Positions 24,571 through 36,060 of a stretch of 64,000 nucleotides of DNA are shown one piece after another. Within the stretch, counting starts at the first letter, position 1. The number at the start of each line of letters is the position of its first letter. Under the pieces are notes generated by a model. That model saw only the letters and a program-made list of their open reading frames with translations, searched no databases and was not told where the DNA came from. The DNA is from Tubiluchus corallicola. Its lineage: Eukaryota; Animalia; Priapulida. The position numbers were made by a program, and so were the translations under genes. The stretch is from positions 62,001 to 126,000 of the forward strand of contig JAQGDQ010000569.1 in assembly GCA_030141605.1 (NCBI GenBank), read 5' to 3'.

Positions 24571-25017
24571 TAGGTTTGCCAGATTAAAAAAGTAAGAAAG
24601 ATGGGACACTTAAATTACATTTATATATTACTATATGTATACAAATTTATACATACCTACACACCCACACCAATAATATTATATAAAAGTAGAGACATAA
24701 GTTAAAAACATAAAGCAAGTTGCAAACAGGCAACAAACACTTTAGTTTTATGTAAACATCTAGCAAAACTGGCTTCCTCATTACATTTGGGTTGTTTTCA
24801 TCAAGAGAATCTGAGAAAAGAAAGTACAATTACTTATGCAAAGTTACAATTAAGAAGCATAAGGCAGTAAAAATACAGTTTTACAATGTATTACGAAATT
24901 TGAAAGTGAACTAAATACGGGACCCTTGTGTGTCCCTGAATGGTCAGTACGGGACAGGAGACAACATTATCAAATATGGGACATGTCCCGTATATATGGG
25001 ATGTTCTGGCAACCCTA
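24571..25017. mobile_element. hAT-type MITE upstream of ANK-cGLR copy 1 (duplicate at 31653-32101)
   Basis: TAGG(T/G)TTGCCAG...CTGGCAACCCTA TIRs with CGGGAC subterminal repeats. Confidence 0.75.
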
Positions 25018-25390
25018 TCTTAGCTACCTATACATGCAGCCTAGACTAGTTACTAACCAGTACTACTAAGTGGCTCTGGACCTGATGCATTTAGGATAAT
25101 TATTACCAATATTATATTTTCAAATACGTTTGCATGCTATACAAAACAACTGCATGAAGTTTCACCAAAAAGTAACTCGCAAGTGTGTTCAGACTGCACA
25201 GCAAAACTTCTGAGAGTTACTTTCCAACAGTAAACACGAGCTACAGTCACTTATCTATTCACTCCGAGATGTTTTTGTCGTTACCGTAATCATCGAAGGA
25301 TAAGGGTTAAGCTAATAGATATCTTATAAACCTCTCCAGTTATTTTTGGTAAAAAACTAAATGGATCAGTTGAAACAGGAATTGAAACAT

Positions 25391-25675
25391 TACGCGCATT
25401 TTGACTAGCGAGTTTTCTCGCCAAGTAACTCGCAAGTGTGTTCAGACCAGACAGCAAAACTTCCGAGAGTTTTTCTCCAACAGTGAACACAACTTACACT
25501 CACTTCTCTATTCACTGTGAGAAGTGTCGAGAGTAACTCATCCAGGTGTTCACACTAGACAGTAACTCAGAGCAACAGTCCGAGAGTTTGCAATTTCTTG
25601 TCAACAATAATGCGAGTTTGAAGTCAGAGAGAAAACTCACGACATTAAAAAACTCGCTAGTCTGAATGCGCCTTT
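25391..25675. mobile_element. PIF/Harbinger-like MITE
   Basis: GCGCATTTTGACTAGCGAGTTTT ... AAAACTCGCTAGTCTGAATGCGC inverted termini. Confidence 0.5.
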
Positions 25676-28632
25676 ATACATACCTAGAGTTGAGAAGTTC
25701 TTTCCAATCCATATATTATTCAGCAGATTTAAAAACGATCACGAGAACTGCTGTATTTTGCTTCAAAATTCAAATACGAATTCAGAATGAGTGTAAGCTG
25801 ACTTTTTGCACGGAGAAGTAAGTAATGATGCTTGTAGGTATCACAGAATAATAGTTATAGTTATAGTATTTAAGCATACGATAAGACAGGTATCAAAGAT
25901 CGTGTTTAATCAAAAAGATAAGTGTTAAGTGCACAACTGTTCTTTTATGTCTGTTATTTATTTGAAAGACTTTTCCCAGAAATTGCGTGGGCTTGCATTA
26001 GTTGTAAATGGCGGCTCGTGTGTAGGTACTGTGGAATTGCAATTTTTCACTCAATATTATCGATAATATTCAATATAATGTCTTTTTTAGTTCTTTCTTT
26101 ATACTTGTATGGAACCACATCACGTGAGGGTAGTATTGTTTGCTTCACAGCCCAGCACAGTGGTGTTTGGTTAGTGGAAGTGGTGCGGACAAGCCACTGG
26201 CATAGCAGTGTCTAGTTTTTTGCTGGATTACTGCTGCGTTTACCTGTCTGAAGGCAGATTTCTTTTATTTTAGTATTCTGCCTGCCCAATGTCTAGAATA
26301 GACGTGACGGACGTATGATGATGATGACGATGTGTGTTTGGTTGTTGTGCACATGTGGCCACGCACGCATGTCTGAGGTAACACTATACGCTGGGCTGCT
26401 AGCGTCTGCAACTAGGTAGAGAAAGTACTCTCGCTCACACAGTTTGTTGTGAGTTGTAACGTGATTAAAAACCGTGTACCAGCATATTATTGAACTGTGA
26501 CAATTTGGCTAGGCAAAAAAATTTTGGTTCAGGATTTTATCAGGCTTATGCGAAAATTTATGTTGGTTTGTTTATTTGAAATTACAATCACAAATTGCAA
26601 CATAAATATTACTTGTGTTTGTTACGTTTACACAGTATTAAAACAATGATAAAAAATTTTCTGAAGCAGCACCCCCACTAATTCTAAATACGAGCCGCCA
26701 CTGTTTAGTTGTATCTTTGTAGCATCTTCAGAAAGAAGCTAACAATCTGCCCCCCTCCCCAACACTTGGTTAACGCCCAAATGTATGACAAAACAAAACG
26801 TCCATATTTGCATAGACATGTATGTATTAATGCACCTCTTTATAACGTCAAACTTTCTATATTGCTAGTCTCATAGTAGGCGGTATAAAGAAATTTGACT
26901 TTGATCACGAAAGAATTTAAAATGACTGTAAATCTCAAAGAATTCTTTATTTTTTCTTTCGTCCTCTCGGACCTCATCAGCTGCACACACAGATACTTTG
27001 TATAGTTTGTGTATATCATTTCGTGCAGCTGATGACGTCCAAGAGAACGAAAGCTTCTGAAGAAAAGACAAAGTATTTTTTGAGATTTATGAGCAGTTTA
27101 ATTTAGGATTCCCACGGTCAGGGAAAATCCTTTAAAAAAACGGGCTATCATGGAAAGTCAGGGAAAATGGGGTGAAAAGTCAGGGAAATTGTCTAAAAAC
27201 GGTTTAAATCATTTTTTCCAAAATTCGCTTCCTATTATGCATCTTAGTGTTTGTTATTCATTGAATTATTGATAAATTTTTTGTTTCTTTTAATGTATTA
27301 ATTGTGTATTTGTGTTGATGTGAAATAAATAAACAAAATGTGTAAACAAAAAGTAACTATCAGCATTTCTTTAAACGAAATCAAAAGTGCTTCTTGCCAG
27401 TTATTTGTGCGTGTATGAAATAACATGCATCTTGAATACAAATTACATGGATAAACAACATGTACTCTGAATGTTAATTTAGAACTATCCTAAGCATTAA
27501 GCATGGACAATAATACATTGGACATAATCAGCAACAAATCTCGTACAATTAGGGGTGAACATCGAACGTTCGAATTCCATTCGAGCCAAAGACTATGGAT
27601 TCGAATAATTCAGCGCTTCAATCACATACGTTCTTTATCATTAAAGCGATTGAAACATCATGCAGTTAGCACAATTTAGATTTTTGTGCATATTTTTAAA
27701 CATTTTATTAGTGGTTTTACTGCAGAACAAAATCGTGTAATATACATGATCTTTGTAACACTAATTTTTACTGATGGCTCGAAAATCTTTCAATCTCGAT
27801 TCGAATTCGAAATAATGAAGTTTGGTTCGGTTCGATTCGAAAGCACAAATTCGATTCGAATTCGCTTTCTGGTAGAAAATGCTCTCCCACATTCACAACA
27901 CCAAAATACAGACCCTTTAATATTAATAAGATTATCACAGTTTTATCAATAGTTTTGCTAACCATATCTTAGCAAATGTGCTTTATATATAATTATGTTT
28001 ATTAGAAAAATACTCAAAGAACTTATTAAAAATATTAAAACTTGTTACAAAATTTTAAAAAATATATAGTTATTCTCAGTTACTTAACAATTTAACAGTA
28101 ATTGTGCATATCATTAACATTCACTCTTAGTCTAATTTACAATACTAGACACTTTATACAGCATTGGCAGCAGTTGTAATATCATTTCAGCTTTTGCAAT
28201 AATCACATGAATAAACATTGTTTATCATGTTATTAAAGAATTTTAATTAGTATCTTACAAGCAGTCACTTACGTACAACTTTTGGCAGACACAGATTTAA
28301 TAAAAGAGAATAAAGTAAGCACTATAACAATTATAACAAGCCTTTTCACAGTTTCGTCGTGTGCACGTGCAATTTCTGTAGGTCAAAGGTTAAGTGTACC
28401 AGGGCAATGCTTCTGAACTACTGTTACTATTACAACAGCATGGGCTGTGAGGCGTTGCCAAGTGTACACAAATGCGTTTTTTGATACACTTGACCTTTGA
28501 CCTTTCATGATCATCATCAATTGTTGAAACTGTGAAAGGGTTTATTACACCAACATTTCTTCCAGAACCTTCCACTCTGTTCCAAGTCACCTCTATAATT
28601 CGGAAGCATCCAGTGTTTTTTCACTAACTGTT

Positions 28633-31308
28633 TTAAAAACTGTCTTCAAGTTCATTCCATGCTTTTTCAAACTCGCACATACCAAGTGCTTTCTGGAGTC
28701 CGGTCAGCTTTTGACTTTGCCCTTTTTGCTGCCTGGTTTGTCTGATTTGCATGTACAAATCTTGCACTTGCTCCTTAGTAAGATTAACCACACCGTCTGC
28801 AGTTGGAACAGTGTTATTCTTTACACGGGCACATATTCCACTTGCAATCAAATGTGTGACGTGCAGTAAGGGTGCATCCTCTATCGTTTTTCCAATGCAT
28901 TCCTCCAAAATATTCACGTCGCCTAGCACAAAGTGTGGCATTGACTTGTTTTGACAACATTTCGCAATATATTCTAATATACCACATACTCGTTGATCAA
29001 TGTCATCATCGCTCCACGTTTTGTCATCTTTTTGAAATTCGCTCACTTCGTGTAGAAACGCCGTCTTAATCATATAAGAATTCACTACTTTGTTTGGCCT
29101 AAATTTGATAACATGAAATAAACGTTTGATGTCGTTCTCAGTATCTAGATCTGTTGTGCTGATTTTTTTGTAAAGTGCCTCATTCATTAGTGCCTTAGTC
29201 AAACGGAGAGCCCGTTTTCGTGACTCCGGCAAACCTTGTACTATTCCACTTTCCATCAAACCAGTTGATAAAGTCCATAAGCGATCATCACAGATATAAC
29301 TCAGAGGTTTGCATACTGCATGATATGTTACTTGTGAACAACCGGGTACCTCCATAGGCAGTCCCAATTTGCGTGTTTGTGATTCGCATATTTCTACTGC
29401 CGGAGTGATGTCTATGACAATGGGTAGCCCTTTGTACAAGTTCCCCTTCGTATAAGTCAAATGGAAAGTGAGACGAACCTTATTATATTCGATTTTCACT
29501 AGGGAAAATGGCAAGTCAGTCTCAGTGTCTTCAAACAAAAATTCCACAGCTCGACATGCGACAGTTAGGAACTCGAGCTTTAATGAAATCAGCAAATATG
29601 CAGCGTTTCTGGATATTCTTACAAGACCCGGCAAATGAGTTCTTTCGACGTTCACTGTATCGCTGAATCGTTTCAAGACCGTGAAAAAGTCATATTCGTC
29701 CGGCAAGCCCACTTTCGTGTCGCACGCACTACTTCCCACGAGAACTGGATACGACTCAAAATCCCCTTTCAGTTCTCCAATTTTTCGGCAGATGCTTTTC
29801 ACTAGAGATCTCACCTCCCATGTAACAATTTCTTTCTCTTGGGTTTCTGGCAGGTTGCCTATGCTCGCAATTTCTAATATGTCTGCGGTGTTTCTGCAGG
29901 CGGCAATGCCCGTCCTCATGGCTGAACTAAATTGCTTATATTCACGAGTTTCACCTGTTTTAGTCACAGTGTACTTGGCACTCAACAGAAAACCGACCGT
30001 CTCTTTGTATTCATCGTTATAAGTCCTTTCATTTACTAACCTAACGTATAAATCTATGGCAGTGTCACCCTTGTTGTTTTTTATTTCCAAATTGAGGCCA
30101 TGATTCATTAGACTTTGCACTACACCACTCCTACACCCAATATTCACTTGTGCTGCTACATGTAGAGCTGTATTACCTTCATTGTTACATATGTTTGGAT
30201 CAGCACCATTGCTTAGTAAAACGTTGACAAGTTCAACATCTTTGTTCTTTATAGCATAGTGCAATGCTGTTTCACCAAGATTATCTCTTTGGTTGATACT
30301 GAAGGTACTGCCTCGTGTATCTGGAAGGTTGTTCAAGCCTTTCAGGTGCTGTAAAAACATCTCTGCTGTGCTTCTGTGATTTTTTCGAACAGCAGTCATG
30401 AATGCAGTTTCCCCGTCTCTGTCAGCAGTATTATAATCGGCACCTTTATCAAGTAGCAGCTGAACAATCTTTTCATTACTATTAGCAGCTGCAGCCATAA
30501 GAGTAGTTACGTGAAACTTATCATGGGCATTGCAGTCAGCATTCTTTGATAGCAACAGTTTAACAATTTCTATGTAATTGTTTTTAGAGGCAACCATGAG
30601 AGGCGTCTGCCCGTTCTCGTTGCCATGGTTACAGTTATGGTAGTTTGTGTCGACATATGAAAGCAGCATCTGCATTGCTCCCAGATAACCCTCAGCAGCT
30701 GCATAGAAAACTGCGACATTCCAGTCAGCATCTTTGGAAAGTAGTATCTTGATTATCGCATTGTGTCTGTTGTGAGCTGCAGCTAACAGTGCAGTCCAAC
30801 CATCGTTACTGCGAATATTGCAGAGAGCACCATATTCGAGTAATTCTTTTAGTATTCTTACGTGACCATTTCTCGCTGCAAACATGAGTGCTGTCCAGCC
30901 GTGGCAGGTTACAGCATTAGAATCAGCTCCACTGGAAAGTAAGATTTTCACTATTTTCAGATGACTCTTTTTAACTGCAAACGTAAGTGCAGTATATCCG
31001 TATCCATCGCAAATATCATGCCGGGCGCCAGAAGATAGCAGCTTCTTAAGTGTTTTCACGTTTCCATTTTCCGCCGCAAACATCAGATCAGATTTTCCAT
31101 CTTTATTAGTTGTGTTGCAGTCGGCGCCCTTTCTTAGTAGCAACTCCTTGACAGCAATATGACCCATGCCAGCTGCATCCATACGAGCACTCGATCCTTC
31201 TGTGTTGCGGGCATTGCAATCTGCCCCTTCAGACAGCAATCTCTGTTCTGTACCAATGTGCCCTGTTCCTGCTGCGTACATAAGATCCGTATCTTTAGAC
31301 GAAGCCAT
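28633..31308 (-). CDS. Ankyrin-repeat / cGAS-like (Mab-21 family) nucleotidyltransferase fusion, copy 2 (891 aa, five fewer ankyrin repeats)
   Basis: Close paralogue of 20985-24164 with LVGSSACDTKVGLPDEYDF, IVIDITPAV and SYMIKTAFLH. It lacks aa 81-245 of copy 1. Confidence 0.9.
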   Translation of the reverse strand: MASSKDTDLMYAAGTGHIGTEQRLLSEGADCNARNTEGSSARMDAAGMGHIAVKELLLRKGADCNTTNKDGKSDLMFAAENGNVKTLKKLLSSGARHDICDGYGYTALTFAVKKSHLKIVKILLSSGADSNAVTCHGWTALMFAARNGHVRILKELLEYGALCNIRSNDGWTALLAAAHNRHNAIIKILLSKDADWNVAVFYAAAEGYLGAMQMLLSYVDTNYHNCNHGNENGQTPLMVASKNNYIEIVKLLLSKNADCNAHDKFHVTTLMAAAANSNEKIVQLLLDKGADYNTADRDGETAFMTAVRKNHRSTAEMFLQHLKGLNNLPDTRGSTFSINQRDNLGETALHYAIKNKDVELVNVLLSNGADPNICNNEGNTALHVAAQVNIGCRSGVVQSLMNHGLNLEIKNNKGDTAIDLYVRLVNERTYNDEYKETVGFLLSAKYTVTKTGETREYKQFSSAMRTGIAACRNTADILEIASIGNLPETQEKEIVTWEVRSLVKSICRKIGELKGDFESYPVLVGSSACDTKVGLPDEYDFFTVLKRFSDTVNVERTHLPGLVRISRNAAYLLISLKLEFLTVACRAVEFLFEDTETDLPFSLVKIEYNKVRLTFHLTYTKGNLYKGLPIVIDITPAVEICESQTRKLGLPMEVPGCSQVTYHAVCKPLSYICDDRLWTLSTGLMESGIVQGLPESRKRALRLTKALMNEALYKKISTTDLDTENDIKRLFHVIKFRPNKVVNSYMIKTAFLHEVSEFQKDDKTWSDDDIDQRVCGILEYIAKCCQNKSMPHFVLGDVNILEECIGKTIEDAPLLHVTHLIASGICARVKNNTVPTADGVVNLTKEQVQDLYMQIRQTRQQKGQSQKLTGLQKALGMCEFEKAWNELEDSF

Positions 31309-32599
31309 TGATGCTATTTAACATTATTGATAAGTTTCTTTCCGAAGCCAGTTTTGCCCGAGTAGTAGAGACTTATGCATCTAGTGGTAGATGTGTCACC
31401 AAGATGTGAAGTTTTTCTTCTGCAATATATATTGAATTTCTTTATGTCAAGAATAAATAATGTAAAATCACGTGATTTGTTATCAGATATATTTTTGCAA
31501 CATTTATGTAACACGGTAGCTTGAAGTACACATAGTTCAATTTTTTTTAATAAACTAGAAATACTATACTCTTTTTTTCCAAAAATTATACTTGAAATCT
31601 TTAAGCAAAGCCCATCAATAATGCCCCTCCCTCAAACTTGAGGGCCCTAGGCTAGGGTTGCCAGATTAAAAAATAAGAAATACGGGACATTTAAAATCCA
31701 TTTATATATTACTATATATATACAAATTTATACATACCTACACACCCATACCAATAATATTATATAAAAGTAGAGACATAAGTTAAAAACATAAAGCAAG
31801 TTGCAAACAGAAAACAAAGACTTTAGTTTTATGTAAACATCTAGCAAAACTGGCTTCCTCATTACATTTGGGTTGTTTTCATCAAGAGAATCTGAGAAAA
31901 GAAAGTACAATTACTTACGAAAAAGTTACAACTAAGACTGCGTAAGGCAGTAAAAATACATTTTTACAATGTATTACGAAATTTGAAAGTGAATGGTCAT
32001 AACGGGACCCTTGTGTGTCCCTGAATGGTCAGTAAGGGACAGGAGCAACATTATCAAATATGGCACATGTCCCGTATATAAGGGATGTTCTGGCAACCCT
32101 ATCTTAGCTACCTATACATGCAGCCTAGACTAGTTACTAACCAGTACTACCAAGTGGCTCTGGACCTGATGCATTTAGTATAATTATTACCATTATTATA
32201 TTTTCAAATATGTTTGCATGCTATACAAAACAACTGCATGGAGTCTCATCAAAAAGTAACTCTTGCGCAAGTGTGCTGAAACTATACAGCGCTATTACAC
32301 TTTCGCACCTCCTACTTTTTCTAGGTTATTACTCGTTTCTAGGCTTGTAGGTCATTATTCTATTATTCTCACGTCATCAGTGAATGTTTCCGCTAATCTC
32401 GTGGTAATTTACTCATATATTTAGTGTATAATTACCAAAAATTACGTTGTATTCACAGTTGTGCACTGTACAGTTCGTATCGTCATCATGTTAGAGTGTG
32501 TCCATCCATCCAGGTGCACACATATGCTTGCTCTGATGCTACAACAACACAAAACAAATTTGGGTTTATAAATGTTATACCGCCGTTACGCACAGCTAA

Positions 32600-33760
32600 A
32601 TATAAATTACTCTTTATCTTTTCAGCTGTAAAGTTATACATTCACTATGCTTTTTCTTTTGACCATTATGTCCTTCAGTAGGCAGACTGCATAAATTTTT
32701 CCCTCTCCAAATAACAGCCATCTCAAGTATTCTTCATCAGTTACTCCTTGCCAAGGGACCTTGTTTCTCATATGTGTGTAAAATTCACAACTTAATATTA
32801 TGTGTTCTACAATTTCAATATCTTTACCACATTTACAAAGTCTTTTTTCTATGCAGTAACCTACTTTTCAAGCATACAAGGGATTTCCCAATACTTCTAA
32901 TGCACCAACCCTAGCTTTGACAAGCAATTCTGCACCCCATGTATCGTTCATCCAGGGTTCAAATGATATACAACTTTTGCAATCTCTATATCTTTCTACT
33001 GTCGAACATTTACTTAATTTTTCATTCCACATTTTTAATCCTGTTTCAGCTATAGTTTTCTCTATAAGCACATCCCACGCTTTTTCACCCAAATGTTTAT
33101 CATAAGTTTTATTCAGACCTACCGCATTTAATTCCCTATTGCCATAATATTGCCAAATACCGGAAGCCCAAATTTATCCCCCAAATGTCTGATTCTTTGC
33201 AGCCATTTTTATCGAATTCTGGGTGTCACTACCCATATTACCACTTTTTTCAGTAACCGATTATCACTCATAAATATTATTCTTTTAAAAAATTTTAGTC
33301 GCGCCTTTGCTTCCCGTTCTTCAAAGGGTGAAAATCCCGCTTCACCTCTAATAGCAGCACCACTGCATCCTTTTGCTTTCCAGAGCCATCTTACAAATGC
33401 TGTTATACCAATGAACTTCATTTTGGCTGTATGTTCTGCCCATACAACCAAACATTATTTTAGGGACTACGATTCCTTTCCAGCCTGTTCTTCCTATTTC
33501 TAATCCTGCTTCTGATTGCATTGCCGCAAATTTTACGGCACCTATGGTTCTTCTAATAGCTGGTATTCTTTCTTTCCAGCTATGTTCATCTTCTATGGCT
33601 CTTATAATTACCCCTAGGTATTTTTCTCTTTCTGTTGCATGTATAGGTATGTCACCTAACTTAAAGACTGCATTAGCGTTAGCTCCACTAAGGAGAATTG
33701 ATGCACACTTGGTCGCACTAAATTTCATGCCAAACTCTTTTCCAAGATGTCACAATTTTT
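32600..33760 (-). mobile_element. Degenerate non-LTR retrotransposon ORF2 C-terminal fragment
   Basis: Frameshifted KFSATKC...EKYLGVII (RT end), GEAGF, LLVKARVGALE, and a C-x-C...EHIILSC zinc-knuckle remnant. Confidence 0.7.
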
Positions 33761-33771
33761 AAATGTCACAG

Positions 33772-36060
33772 TTTTTTTATTTATTTTTATTATCACATTC
33801 AATACAATATAATGACATTAAGCACACGGTGACATCAAAATTATTACATCTACTGTATTAAATTCTTATGTTTCATACACTATCGTTATCATAAAAGAAT
33901 AATTGTACTGCAGTGGGCTAGAGAAGCAAAGTCTTGTATAAGCCCACAGTCATGTGAACCCATTAAAAAAGAATGGATGAGTGAACAAAACAAAAGAACT
34001 GGGAGAGGGGTTAGATCACACAGGAAGGGTAGAAGGATGTGTTAGTGGAAATGGTAAGAAGAAAGATAATAGATTGCGCTATGTTGACATCAGCTCTAAA
34101 GATTTATCAATGATGCCTTGTTTTGCATAATCTGTACCAGGATTGTGGTATGACTGCTGCAGTAGGTGTGGGAAATTAGGAAGTGTTGTACTTGTTGAGA
34201 ATCATTGCTCTGTATTTCTTTTTAAATTTTTGAATTGGCTGAACAGTTTTTAATTCATCATTTATGTCATTCAAAGCCTTGGACCAACATTTGCAATGAA
34301 TTGCCGTGCCACGTCTGTTCTACAGAAATTTATGACAAACTCATTCATTCTGGTTGCGTAATGCCGATTATTTGGTTGGACTAGAACGTTGGAAAGAGAT
34401 TATATTTAGTTTTATACATGTATGTAGCTGTATTCATGTGTATTATATCGTCAACAGTTAAAATTTTATTAGTTTTAAAACATGTTAAACTAAGATGTTC
34501 TCTTTTTCGAAGATTACAGGTGATTCGATGAAATTTTACTTTTGATCATGTCTATGTGCGGCTTCCAATCCATGTGCTCATTTAGAATGATTCCCAAAAA
34601 TTTCATTTCCTGCATGATTTCAATTAGGGGTGAGCATCGAACGTTCGAGTTCGAACGTTCGAATTCGATTCGAACAGGATTTTTTAATTCGAATTCGATT
34701 CGAACGCAAAAGTATGGATTCGAATAATTTTTTTTTAATTTTTATATATTATTATTATCACATTCAGTACAATATAAAGCACACAGTGACATCAAAATTA
34801 TTACATCTACTATTTTAAATTGTTATGTTTCATACACTATCGTTATCATAAAATAATAATTGTACTGCAGTGGGCTAGAGAAGCAAAGGAAGGGATTCGA
34901 ATTCGAAATCTTGAAATTCGATTCGATTCGAAATCTTGAAATTCGATTCGAATTCGATTTTTGGGGGAGTTTGCTCACTCCTAATTTCAATTGGGGAATT
35001 ATTGATTTTAATATCACCATTATTAATTGGAATTTTCTTGTGTCTTGCTCTAAAAATGGTACATTTCGTTTTGGTAGAATTTAATGACAACATACTCGTT
35101 TTGAACCAAAAAGCAATATTTTGTAATTCACGGTTGATATACATTAAATTATCAGCCTTGTTTAATTCAAAGAATATGCTCGTATCATCTGCAAATTGGA
35201 ACAGATTTGGACTATCTAAAGAATATTTTGTGTCATTCATACATATTAAAAATAGGAGTGAACCTAAAATTGAGCCTTGTGGTACCCCATGGGTTATAGA
35301 AGCTTCATTTGAAATTACATTATTATGTCGAACCACTCCCATGAAGATAGCTAGATGCTACCCATGCGTTTGCTACCCCTCTAAGACCGTAATGATGTAG
35401 TTTTGCAAGAAGTATTTTATGATTAACTGTGTCAAAGGCCTTAGAGAGGTCACAAAATATCCCTAATGCTACTTTATTTTGTCCAATGCATTTAGTTATA
35501 CTCTCTACAATGTTTATCAAAGCCAATTCGGTTGAACTGTTTTTCCGAAAACCAAACTGCTTATTGTTTATTATGTTTTCATGATCCAAATACGATACTA
35601 TTTTATCGTAAACAACTTTTTCCAATATTTTTGAGAAAAACGGTTGTTAATTTCTATAGGTCTATAATTATTTATGTCCGGAGAATCCTTGGATTTGAAG
35701 ATAGGGATAATAATTGATTGTTTTAATTTAGAAGGAACAGTGCCAGTTTTAAGTGAATTATTAATTACGTGTGTCAAAGGGGTAATGATACTTTCAATTA
35801 CATCTATAATAACTTTGGGGCGCAAATTATCTCTGCCAGCTCCTTTATTTTGATCAAATGACTTGCATATACTTATAATATCAGATTCTGTGACTGGCGT
35901 AAAGAAAAAGGTAGAAGGATAATTTCCTCTTAAATAAGTTTCATAGTTGATATTAACATTTTCTATATTATCAGCTAATTTTTGTCTAATCTGCGAAAAA
36001 TGGTCATTAAAATGATTTACTATAGATTTAGGATCTGTGATTAATTTATTATTAATTTTT
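33772..36060 (-). mobile_element. CR1/L2-like LINE, 5'-truncated, frameshifted RT plus 3'UTR and A-rich tail
   Basis: [43 protein letters not shown] and FADDT motifs across ORFs 35598-36060, 35323-35625 and 34875-35342; T-rich tail at ~33772. Confidence 0.85.
34625..34983. mobile_element. TTCGAA-rich hAT MITE inserted in the LINE, itself carrying a LINE 3' tail fragment (~34727-34887)
   Basis: TAGGGGTGAGCA...TGCTCACTCCTA with 8-bp TSD ATTTCAAT (34617-34624 / 34984-34991). Confidence 0.8.

Larger units (their letters stand above)
19459..32290. repeat. Tandem segmental duplication: unit 1 ~19459-25202, unit 2 ~27202-32290, each carrying one ANK-cGLR gene and its flanks
   Basis: Collinear near-identity from TTTAAATCATTTTTT..CTTCCTATTATG through shared MITEs and the gene to CAAAAAGTAACTC..GCAAGTGTG..ACAGC. 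Confidence 0.9.

Noticed and set aside
24900-24915. ISRE/IRF-like GAAAGTGAA motif upstream of the cGLR genes
   Set aside because: Short, lies inside a MITE, and is expected by chance in AT-rich DNA.
21112-30022. Plus-strand ORFs overlapping the cGLR genes (e.g. 22039-22461, 29681-30022)
   Set aside because: Antisense shadows of the real minus-strand CDSs; their conservation follows from the duplication.
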